Notes: generated by a model not told the origin, from the sequence alone. A DNA stretch of 64,000 nucleotides from the human T2T-CHM13v2.0 reference genome, Homo sapiens (GCF_009914755.1 NC_060933.1), one strand, 5' to 3'; positions 1 through 12,107 are shown, numbered from the stretch's first letter. Program-made: numbers and translations.

Positions 1-173
1 TTTAAAATATTGCATAGATTTACCTTCAGGCTATAAAGTGTATATAAAGCATAAATGAATTTTGTGCTTAGACTTGGATCCAACTCCCAAGATATCTCAT
101 TATGTATATGCAATTATTTCAAAATCTGAAACACTTCTGATCCGAAGCATTTTGGGTAAGAGCTACTTAGCCT
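1..173. mobile_element. MER46C-like (TcMar-Tigger) MITE, truncated by window edge
   Basis: Matches recalled consensus end: ...AGACTTGGxTCC..CCCAAGATATCTCATTATGTATATGCAA...AAACACTTCTG..AAGCATTT. Confidence 0.75.
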
Positions 174-184
174 TTTCTCCCAGG

Positions 185-938
<754 letters not shown>

Positions 939-1061
939 CTGTCTTGCTTTAAAAGGCTTCCCCTCCTAGAGGTTAAACAATATCTTAAATCCCTGATTAG
1001 AATTGGTCTAATCAAGTGTCACTTTAGAAAGTTTTATATTATGACATTGTCTTTCTCTATA

Positions 1062-1274
1062 GCAAGGTCAGCAAACTATGACCCATGAGCCAACTCTAGC
1101 CCATCACCAGTTTTCACAAAGTTTTATTGCAACACAGCACACTCATTCATTTACATATTGTCAATGGCTGCTTCTGCCTGGCAGAGCTGAGTAGTTGTCA
1201 TAGAGACCCTATGGCTTGTATAGCTTAAAATAGTTTTCATCTGGCTCTTTACAGAACAATTCAGCCAACCTTTG
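1062..1274. mobile_element. MER58A (hAT-Charlie MITE)
   Basis: GGTCAGCAAACTATG...AAAGTTTTATTG.AACACAGC...CATTTACATATTGTC.ATGGCTGC...GGCAGAG.TGAGTAGTTG, with terminal inverted repeats. Confidence 0.85.
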
Positions 1275-1369
1275 CTATGTGCAAGGTTATGAATGTCTCC
1301 AAGGTCTTTTGACTGTCTCTTTATTTCTTTACATCTTATTTTAGCTCTTTCAAGAATGTTTTTATCATT

Positions 1370-1470
1370 TTTCCTCATTTTAAAAGGAGGATAATGATAG
1401 TACCTATCTTATTGTTGAAAGATTAGTTAAGATAATTACCATAAAATGCCTAGCACAGTGCCCTGGTTCT
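1370..1470 (+). mobile_element. MIR fragment
   Basis: MIR core: TTCCTCATTT.TAAAA.G.GGATAAT.ATAGTACCT...TGCCTAGCACAGTGCC. Confidence 0.65.
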
Positions 1471-2775
1471 CAAAAATAACAGCCATTGTTTTATGCTGGG
1501 ACAAAGAGGTGCAATAGACAATAAGACATAATTCTTGTTATGCTGAATGTCTTAATCACTGTAGATTTTCTTTATTTTTAAATCATCAGCTGGCTTATTA
1601 GAATTACTTTTCTGGATTATAAATTGTATACATTCTAGAGATTTTGGAACATTTGTTCTAGAGATTTTGGAAAAGAAATAAAGTAGGAAAATTACAACTA
1701 AAACTAAAATCTCCCCCGATTCCTCCACCCAGAGAAACCAGTGCTACTATGTTGATGTATATGTAGTGTGGTTTGTTTCAGGAGGCATGTATGCATACAT
1801 GCGATGTGTGTTAACAGCTCCATAGTATTTGGGTACCAGAGACATCACGTTTCTTCTTCTAAATCATATCTAAACCTGGCTGAGCCTGACAAGGCCCGTG
1901 TCAGCTATTCTGCGGCTCCATCCTATGCCTTCTATTGGATCCATTCAGAACCCTGGGCTATCGTGCTTCTGGGGAAAGGGGCTGACATGGTCCCTGCTGC
2001 AGGATGGTCACTGCTATTACAGTGGTACCATCACGTAAAGGCTCTGCAGCCACTGGACAGCAGTCCTTCACCATCTGTAGACACCCCACCCAAGATGGCA
2101 TGAAGACCCCTCAAAGAAGAGGTCACCCCTCTGCTGACTGTTGACTGAGCCCCAAAGACCTCTGCTGCTATTCCAAAGCCACAGCATAATTACCCACCCC
2201 AGCACCCACTACCTGGGGTCATGCCTCCTCTCCACCCTGTGTGAGCACAAGACTTCTCTCCTCTCACCAGTCTTGGGGTGTCTGTCCACCCATCGTCTCC
2301 CAGTGGGGCACTCGGTCCCTGCAACTCTGGAAGCACAAAGTTCCTCCTAGTTTCTCATCATAGGACTGAGCTCTCCTAAGCAGAGACCCACACAGTCCCT
2401 GGAACAATTTTTTTAAAGACTGTTAAATTTTAATCCCCCCTCAGAAGAGGAGCCCCATCTCAAGAGAAAAAAAGGAAATACTTCTTTTTCCCTCGGTATG
2501 TCTATGCAAATAAAATAAAATTTAAAAGACACTACTAGTTGACAATTTGAGAGGATACGCTAACATTGTTTTACAGCCTACTGTTATGTGGTCTTAATAT
2601 TAGATGTGACCAATAATTGTGAGATCCCATAGATTCTCATCATATCTAATCAGTGTCACAACAGTGGTATGAACAAGGCAAGACCTGTCATTTAACTTGA
2701 TAATTAATACCTGATTATTCACTTTCAGGTCCAGGTAAGCATTCTGAATAGAACATTGAATAAATCTCCTTTTGT

Positions 2776-3078
2776 GTTTTGTTTGTTTTGTTTTGTTTTG
2801 TTTTTGCTTTTTTTGAGACAGGGTCTCACACTGTCACCCAGGCTGGAGTGCAGTGGCATGATCACAGCTCACTGCAGCCTCAACTTCTGGGCTCAAGCCA
2901 TCCTCGCACCTCAGCCTCCCAAGCAGCTGGGACTACAGGTGTGGTTAATTTTTTATTTTTGTGGAGATGGGGTCTCACTATGTTGCCCAGGCTGATCTTG
3001 AACTCCTGGACTCAAATGATCCTCCTGCCTCAGCCTCCCGAGTGCTGGGCTTTTAGGCATGAGCCACCACACCCAGCC
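2776..3078 (-). mobile_element. AluJ with (GTTTT)n tail
   Basis: Antisense Alu with J diagnostics (GATCACAGCTCACTGCAGCCTC, GGGCTCAAGC.ATCCTC). Confidence 0.95.
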
Positions 3079-3332
3079 TCCTTGTGTGTTTTAATATTAA
3101 ATTCTTCAGCCAGTTGATAAATAAATAAATTATTACCAATAAGAGTAGTTACATGCAGAAATAAATATAGTTTGTGAAAACCATTCATCTCACATAAAAA
3201 TTATTAACAACTTTCCAATCATTAAGTAGGGAAATACGTCACTAATACAAATATTAAGAAAGAGTGTTAGCTAAGTAACTTTAGAAAGAACTCTGTTTCC
3301 TTTTAATGCCAATAATCATTTATAAAAATTTC

Positions 3333-5333
3333 GGGCTTTTTGCGTTCTCTTTCCCTCTCCCAACACGGCGGCCTCAGCAAAAAAGAAGAAGAAGAAGGGG
3401 AAGACTATCTCCCTAACAGACTTTCTGGCTGAGGATGGGGGTACTGGTGGAGGAAGGACCTATGTTTCCAAACCAGTCAGCTGAGCTGATGAAACGGATG
3501 ACCTGGAAGGAGATGTTTCGACAACTTGGCACAGTAACGATGACGATGTGTATAGGGCGCCTCCAATTGACCGTTCCATCCTTCCCACTGCTCCACGGGC
3601 TGCTCGGGAACCCAATATCGACCGGAGCCATCTTCCCAAATCGCCACCCTACACTGCTTTTCTAGGAAACCTACCCTATGATGTTACAGAAGAGTCAATT
3701 AAGGAATTCTTTCGAGGATTAAATATCAGTGCAGTGCGTTTACCATGTGAACCCAGCAATCCAGTGAGGTTGAAAGGTTTTGGTTATGCTGAATTTGAGG
3801 ACCTGGATTCCCTGCTTAGTGCCCTGAGTCTCAAGGAAGAGTCTCTAGGTAACAGGAGAATTCGAGTGGACGTTGCTGATCAAGCACAGGATAAAGACAG
3901 GGATGATTGTTCTTTTGGCCGTGATAGAAATCGGGATTCTGACAAAACAGGTACAGACTGGAGGGCTCGTCCTGCTACAGACAGCTTTGATGACTACCCA
4001 CCTAGAAGAGGTGATGATAGCTTTGGAGACAAGTATCGAGATCGTTATGATTCAGACCGGTATCGGGATGGGTATCGGGATGGGTATCGGGATGGCCAAC
4101 GCCGGGATATGGATCCATATGGTGGCCGGGATCGCTATGATGACCGAGGCAGCAGAGACTATGATAGAGGCTATGATTCCCGGATAGGCAGTGGCAGAAG
4201 AGCATTTGGCAGTGGGTATCGCAGGGATGATGTCTCAGAGGAGGCGGGGACCACTATGAAGACCGATATGACAGACGGGATGATCGGTCTTGGAGCTCCA
4301 GAGATGATTACTCTCTGGATGATTATAGGCGTGATGGTAGAGGTCCCCCCCAAAGACCCAAACTGAATCTAAACCCTCGGAGTACTCCTAAGGAAGATGA
4401 TTCCTCTGCTAGTACCTCCCAGTCCACTCGAGCTGCTTCTATCTTTGGAGGGGCAAAGCCCGTTGACACAGCTGCTAGAGAAAGAGAAGTAGAAGAACGG
4501 CTACAGAAGGAACAAGAGAAGTTGCAGCATCAGCTGGATGAGCCAAAACTAGAACGACGGCCTCCGGAGAGACACCCAAGCTGGCGAAGTGAAGAAACTC
4601 AGGAACGGGAACGGTCGAGGACAGGAAGTGAGTCATCACAGACTGGGACCTCCACCACATCTGGCAGAAGTAAGTCAGCCCAGGATGCACGAAGGAGAGA
4701 GAATGAGAAGTCTCTAGAAAATGAAACACTCAATAAGGAGGAAGATTGCCACTCTCCAACTTCTAAACCTCCCAAACCTGATCAGCCCCTAAAGGTAATG
4801 CCAGCCCCTCCACCAAAGGAGAATGCTTGGGTGAAGCGAAGTTCTAACCCTCCTGCTCGATCTCAGAGCTCAGACACAGAGCAGCAATCCCCTACAAGTG
4901 GTGAGGGAAAAGTAGCTCCAGCTCAACCATCTGAGGAAGGACCAGCAAGGAAAGATGAAAACAAAGTAGATGGGATGAATGTCCCAAAAGGCCAAACTGG
5001 GAACTCTAGCCGTGGTCCAGGAGATGGAGGGAACAAAGACCACTGGAAGGAGTCAGATAGGAAAGATGGCAAAAAGGATCAAGACTCCAGATCTGCACCT
5101 GAGCCAAAGAAACCTGAGGAAAATCCAGCTTCCAAGTTCAGTTCTGCAAGCAAGTATGCTGCTCTCTCTGTTGATGGTGAAGATGAAAATGAGGGAGAAG
5201 ATTATGCCGAATAGACCTCTACATCCTGTGCTTTTCTCCTAGTTTCTCTCCACCCTGGAACATTCGAGAGCAAATCAAAACCTCTATCCAGACAAGACAA
5301 AATAAAATTCACCATCTCCTGAAAAAAAAAAAA
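3333..5333 (+). pseudogene. EIF4BP3: Processed pseudogene of eukaryotic translation initiation factor 4B (CDS-homologous part 3365-5214)
   Basis: Intronless copy matching EIF4B from (M>T)AASAKKK..., through the RRM (PPYTAFLGNLPYD...KGFGYAEF) and the DRYG region, to ...EGEDYAE*. Lesions: start ATG>ACG (3365-3367), W40>TGA (3482-3484), 1-bp deletion at about 4235. AATAAA 5301-5306, poly(A) 5322-5333, TSD AAAAATTTC at 3324-3332 and 5329-5337. EIF4B parentage is secure; the paralogue number (P3) is from memory and needs BLAT. Confidence 0.95.
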
Positions 5334-5512
5334 TTTCAGTAATACGGAGGAAAATAATCACTAGATTATACTATAATTCTAATATTTGATGAATTATTTG
5401 AATGGGTGCATTGATAATATTAACTTAAACAAACTTTAAGATCTACATTTAATTTTCAGTTCCTTAATTTCACATAGGCCATTAGTCTTTCAAGAAAATA
5501 TTCTGCTTAGAT

Positions 5513-5730
5513 CAAGCTTTTCCAACCCACAGCCAGCAGGTTGCATGTGGCCCAGGACGGCTTTGAAAGTGGTGCAACACAAATTCGTAAACTTTCTTAA
5601 AACATTATGAGATTTGTTTACGATTTTTTAAGCTCATCAGCTATCATTAGTGTTAGAGTATTTTATATGTGGCCCAAGACAATTCTCCTTCCAATGTGGC
5701 CCAAGGAAGACAAAAGATTGGACACCCCTG
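5513..5730 (-). mobile_element. MER30 (hAT-Charlie MITE)
   Basis: CAAGCTT.TCCAACCC...CACAAATTCGTAAACTTTCTTAAAACATTATGAGA...AAAAGATTGGACACCCCTG; degenerate 8-bp TSD GCTTAGAT/ATTTAGAT. Confidence 0.9.
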
Positions 5731-7149
5731 ATTTAGATATTCTTATCTATAAATGGCAAGCAGCATATCATCTTTGTCACCTCAAAATTTCATAAGGAGG
5801 AAAATAAGTCCAAAATAATCGCAACAGATACCTGGAAAATTATGATTGATCCAGTTATAACAAAGGGTATAAAAGGATGAAGAGGTACTCAGGAAAAACG
5901 TGGCACCCACAATGTACATTTTCACTAGCCAAATTCAAAACAATAGAATTCACATGAATTCTTTCAAAACACATTTCAGTTCTGTGGAAACCAAATGTTT
6001 GAACAAAAAGCTTCTCAAAATGTTACCCACTGACAACTGTATTCAGTGGATGAAGACAAAGAACTTTTGTAATTTACTCAAGTGATCAGGTACAAAGTTC
6101 TTTCCAGAAACCATGTTATCGAAATGCTTTCTTCCTGCATGACATGCTGCTGCATGCACAAAGTTTAATGGTGTTATTAAATGTGCTGCTTTTGTATTCT
6201 TTCCATCAGTTTGACAGCCTGGTGGATTAATGGTGAGGCTGAGTGCGCTCATCTTTATTTTGCTGCCAAGAGGCTTTGGTTCTTCCCAGTAAAAGGAATC
6301 TTATTGGAGAAATATTTATGAAATGAAAAGTCCATCAAGTAAAGTGTTGGGCAATTGTCTCCAGCAATGGAACAAACATGGTGATGGCTACAAGTGACTT
6401 GGGAATCACAAGCGTCCTATGATTTGTTCACACTCTTCAGCTGTGTGTTGAGAAAGCAATAATGGCACAGAATTGCTGCCTGTAATCTCCAGCAAGTGGG
6501 CTGCTTTCATCATTCTTTTTTATCCAAAGATAAACTACATGACATAGAAAAGATTTTGGAACCGGCTTATCATGTAATTTTACAAAATGTTCCAATAAAC
6601 TGGAACAGTAGCTATTCCGTGTTCAAAGGCTGCTTGAAGAACAAAAAAAGTCTTAAAATTGTACCATGTGGGAAGCAATGCCAATTTGGCATAAGATTGC
6701 TTGCAGAGAACGCAGCTCATTTGCTGGAATGTGCTGAAGAAGTGACCTACTCCATGGACTTTGGGAGGCAAGCACTTATTTTCTTCTTCAGCCTGCTTTA
6801 GACCCTCCTATTTTCCTAGCCGGAAAGGTGCTGGGATTAACTTGCTTGCAAGGAGCGCTGAGGAGCATGGACATTTAGAGACACAGTGTTAGCTTAAAAG
6901 CCTATTCCAGTGCTCCACTGTTAATTTTTAGATCCAACACTTGAGGACAATTTTTCCCTCAAATGCATGCAAATTATTGGAAATGAAGATGACTGAGGAA
7001 AGGCAGCAATCTGAAGACTGCTGCTGAAGCGTCCAGAAGGCTCCTCGAGCAGAGCACGCAGCTTCTGTTTCCGGGGCTGCTGCATTTCCTGCAACCCCAT
7101 CTTCAAGTCCAGGTGGTAGGGAAAGGAGAACACTTGATGTTAGCAATTG

Positions 7150-7766
7150 CAATAGTCCCCCGTTATCTGCGGGAACAATCCAAGACCCCCTATGGATGCC
7201 TGAAACTGCAGATAGTATGGACCCTACATATACAACACAGGTTGTCAGACAGCACGGGTGGTTCACGTTCCCACTTGAAAACGTTTGAAGTGTGAAACCA
7301 TTTGTTTCTCCCCAGTGGGACCCTTCCTGACGCCAGGACAGACTTGGCCTCTTGGGTTAGTGTCCCTGTGATACCGATCCTTCTGCAGGGATGTTTGTCT
7401 AGCCCTCACCAGACCCTTGCAGTAATACCTAGACTCTTTTAACGAAACCAGGACCAAGAATACAGTGTTCAAGGGGTGAGAACTCAGGTATACAGACGAA
7501 CAACTGTACTACATTTTTCCTTGTACATAAATACCTATGAAAAAGCTTAACTTATGAATTAAGGCTAAGACACTAAGAGATTAACAACAATACCTAATAA
7601 TAAAATAGAACAATGATAAAAGTATCTGTAATAAAAGTTATGTAAATGTGGTCTCTCTCTCTCTCCCAAAGTATCTTATTGTACTGTACTCACCGATTTT
7701 CAGACCACAGTTGACTGTGGGTAACTGAAACGGCTGAAAGCAAAACCACAGCTAGGGAGACTACTG
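7150..7766. mobile_element. MER44 (Tigger7-derived MITE) split by a ~270-bp foreign insertion (about 7234-7506)
   Basis: Ends CAaTAGTCCCCC.TTATC and GGGAGACTACTG; internal consensus CCAAGACCCCC..TGGATGCCTGAAAC, AAGAGATTAACAACAAT, TATCTTATTGTACTGTACTCACC. Confidence 0.88.
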
Positions 7767-7781
7767 TGTCTATGTTTAGAG

Positions 7782-7983
7782 CAGCGTTTCTCTACTGTGG
7801 TTGGCACTATTGACATTTTGGACTAGGTGGTTCTTTGTTGTAAGGGGCTGAGTGTCCTGTGCATCATAAAAAGCTAGCAGCACCCTTGACCTCAACCCAG
7901 TAGATGTTGGTCCCAACACTCCCCCAATTTCCAGACATTGCCTAATGTCACCTGGGGGGGCAGAATCACCCCTAGAACCACTG
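7782..7983. mobile_element. MER20 (hAT-Charlie MITE)
   Basis: GGCACTATTGACATTTTGG...TTCTTTGTTG...TCCAGACATTGCC.AATGTC.CCTGGGGGG..AGAACCACTG; degenerate TSD GTTTAGAG/GCTTAAAG. Confidence 0.85.
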
Positions 7984-8276
7984 GCTTAAAGGAAGGAAAG
8001 CTGACTCACATGCTACATTTACTTCTTACACGGTAACCCACCGTGGCACCCGTCCCATTGATCTGCTTCAGGCACCAGCATCTTCTGCGGAATCTGGTGC
8101 TGACTAAGCTAGCTACCAAAGCATATTGTACGGCCCCACTGGTTTCTTGGAAATGGACTTTTGTTTCCACTGCAGATCTGAAAACAGTGACCACAGGAGC
8201 ACCCTGCCCGGTGACGGTGCTGAGAGGTCACTGTTATCACACTATAAATATTAAGCTTTAAAATGTCACTGCTGGG

Positions 8277-8540
8277 TACAAACCTCTGGTCTGATAGAGG
8301 AAATAAGACCTGCTGTTTGATAGATCAGTAGGGTGACTACAGTCCACAATAATCTAGATACATTTCCATATAGCTAGAAGAGACTAATTCAAATGTTTCT
8401 GGCATCAAGGAAAAATACATATTTAAGGCATGGATATTCCAAGTACACTGATTCGATCTGTATGAATTACACAAATATATAAAATTACCACTTGTATCCC
8501 TAAAATATGCATGTCTTATGCATCAATTTAAAAACAAAAA
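8277..8540 (+). mobile_element. L1MA-type 3' end
   Basis: GATAGAGGAAATAAG...AGTAGGGTGACTA...ATAGCTAGAAGAGA...TGTATCCC.TAAAATATG, ending in an A-rich tail. Confidence 0.7.
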
Positions 8541-8608
8541 ATCAGATACAATTTTAACTACTAAAGTTCTTAAATGAAAACTGAAACATGATTTAAATTC
8601 TTAAATAA

Positions 8609-8976
<368 letters not shown>

Positions 8977-9593
8977 TCAAATATCAGTTTACACACTTGT
9001 ACATTCGACATTGGGTCACACTGTGTATTTTGAGCACACGTCTGAGAAGAATATTTATTCCCAAAGCATGGTCAGAGCACAGCAGGCACTCCAGTAGGGT
9101 GCTCAGTGGTATTTGCTGAACAAATGATTCCATCAGCCAATCCTATATTGCTGAGCATTTAAGTTGTTTGCAATCTTTGGTCTTATACAGTATCTTGCAA
9201 TGAGCTTTCTTAATTAGAAAGCAACCCTATTTAATAATCCCCTTGAAAAATGTTTTAAGTGGTAGAATTATGGCATCAAAAGGTCTGAACGTTTTTGTGG
9301 TTTTTTATACCTATTATTGTGTCTTCCAGAAAATCCTAGTTATATAATCAGCAATGAATTAATGTTTTTCCCCACACTCTTGTCAGACCCTGGGTATTTT
9401 TTCAAAGGTCTCTGCCAATGTCATAGGGAAACACTGTATCTTCTTTTTATCATTTTGCATTTCTTTGGTTTGTGAATAAATAACAAAAATTGCACAGGGT
9501 CATAATGACCATTCATCACTAATTCTTCAGTTGAGCCCCTGGTGAAGTAATTGGGCTGCAGGTAAGAGGCACGAGGTATGAACCATACCGAAC

Positions 9594-10181
9594 TTTAAAG
9601 TTTAGAGTGACACTTGGCACGGTGAGACCCTCACACTATAAGGGATGGGAACTGAGATTCTCAGGAGCTTTAAAGTTTAGAGCCACACCGCCGGGCGCGG
9701 TGGCTCATGCCTGTAATCCCAGCATTTTGGGAGGCCGAGGCAGGCAAATCACGAGATCAGGAGATCGAGACCATCCTGGCCAACATGGTGAAACTCCGTC
9801 TCTACTAAAATACGAAAAATTAGCCAGGCGTGGTGGCTTGCGCCTATAGTCCCAGCTACTCGCTTGAACCTGGAGGCGGAGGTTGCAGTGAGCCAAGATG
9901 GTGTCATTGCACTCCAGCCTGGTGACAGAGCAAGACTCTGTCTCAAAAACAAAACAAAACAAACAAAACTTTAGAATCACACTTGGCATGGTGAAACTCT
10001 CACACTATGAGGGGTGGGAATTGAGATTCTCAGGGGCTTTAAAGTTTAGAATAACACTTGGCATGGTGAGACTCTCACACTATGAGTGGGAGGGAACTGA
10101 GATTCTCAGGAGCTTTGAAGTTTAGAAGCACACCTGGAATGGTGAGACCCTCACACTATGAGGGGGTGGGAACCAAGATTC
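9594..10181. repeat. ~75-bp tandem repeat, about 4 units, unit 2 interrupted by an Alu
   Basis: Unit TTTAAAGTTTAGA...CACTTGGCAYGGTGAGACYCTCACACTAT...GGGAACTGAGATTCTCAGGAGC starts at 9594, 9669, 10038 and 10114. Confidence 0.92.
9689..9967 (+). mobile_element. AluSc-like with a ~22-bp internal deletion
   Basis: GAGATCGAGACCATCCTGGCCAAC diagnostic; CCCAGCTACT joined directly to CGCTTGAACC. Confidence 0.95.
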
Positions 10182-10711
10182 TTTGGGGAACAGCAGCTGC
10201 TCAGTCCCCACATACAAGTTTGTTGAGTGCAAGATGAATAAACACAGAGACTTTCAAGTTGCCTTGATTGAACGGGACAGGTAAACACGTGGGAACTGCC
10301 CACGTTTTTGACTTTGTCTCTTCCCTAGCTCTTCCCTTGCCCACTATGGAGAGTCAAATTTGCAAGCTGTGACCATACCCCTGATGTGACTGATCTGTGA
10401 CACTCACAGAGCTGCCGCTGGGGGTCATGGATACCATGCTTCTCCATTTGTTCTTTGACACAGTCTTGCCGGGTAGGCAACAACTCTGTGCCGCACAGGC
10501 CCGAGGTCCAAGGCTAGAGAGTGGCAGCACTGGAATCCACATCCCGCTCTGCCTGATGCTAAACTTCCACTCTCTTATTTCCCATGCCACGTGGTGTGCT
10601 CATATCGAGGCTCAGTGCCTGGCTATTCCTGTGGCCTTTCACCTACCTTGGCCATAATGAAAAGCCCATGCTTCTCTCCAACCTGGGTTCCAAAACAGCT
10701 GCTGAAACTAA

Positions 10712-11008
<297 letters not shown>

Positions 11009-11011
11009 TAA

Positions 11012-11449
<438 letters not shown>

Positions 11450-12107
11450 CTCACAGCGCATTTCCAAGGCAAACACTCAAGCTGCTGGTTCTCAGGCTCT
11501 CCTTTGGCTTTAGCTTTGCCGTGTCTCCCTTACCAAGGTTCCCAGCCACCACCAAGGGAGGTGCCACAGCCACGTGTCGTGGCAGAGCCTGGCCCAAGCT
11601 ATATGTTCCTGTTCCCACTTGAAAACGTTTGAAAGCGTGAAACCATTTCTTCTTGCCCGGTGGGACTCTTCCTGACTCCAGAACAGACTCGGCCCCTTGG
11701 GTTAGTGTCCCTGTGATGTCGATCCTTCTGTGGGGATCTTTGGCATGCACCAGAACCTTGCAATTCGAGTCACTGTCATTGAAAAGCTCTGGTCTACAGA
11801 CTGAAGGACAGCCTGCCTCACCAGCTCTACACGAGAATTCCCATCTTCCAGGGATAAGAAAGTGAGCAGGCCTTGTCCAATCTCCAGTGAGTAATACAAC
11901 AAGACAGAGATTAACTTTATATACTAATTTCTTAGGTTAGATAGAGAGGAAAAGGACACTCCACACCTGATGACCTGCATTCTAATGCCAGAAAAGGCAC
12001 TTTTAATCAGATGACCTCAGAAAATGTCCTTAACATTCCAGGACAGTTATTCTTGTGAGGATGACCTAGAATAGATGTGTCCGGGCCCATGAAAATTATG
12101 AAACCTC

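Larger units (their letters stand above)
5740..8254 (+). mobile_element. Decayed hAT-superfamily (Ac/ZBED1/ZBED4-like) transposase fossil, interrupted by MER44 and MER20
   Basis: Collinear degenerate motifs across frameshifts: BED-finger-like AAYHLCHLKIS*GGK (5760-5804); LLKMLPTD..YSVDEDK..RYKVLSR (about 6011-6108); SLTAWWIN (6208-6231); AIVSSNGTNM...*FVHTLQLCV (6351-6449); VGCFHHS and ILQNVPINWNSSY (ORF 6496-6801); LLECAEEVT; FLDP (6925-6936); LTKLATK..VSTAD and HRSTLPGDGAERSL (8100-8254). Confidence 0.8.

Noticed and set aside
3548-5214. 272-aa and 230-aa ORFs as functional CDS
   Set aside because: They are fragments of the EIF4B retrocopy, with non-ATG starts, a lost initiator, an upstream stop and a frameshift between them.
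9594-10181. CRISPR-like repeat/spacer array
   Set aside because: Units are contiguous with no unique spacers, the DNA is primate, and there are no cas genes.
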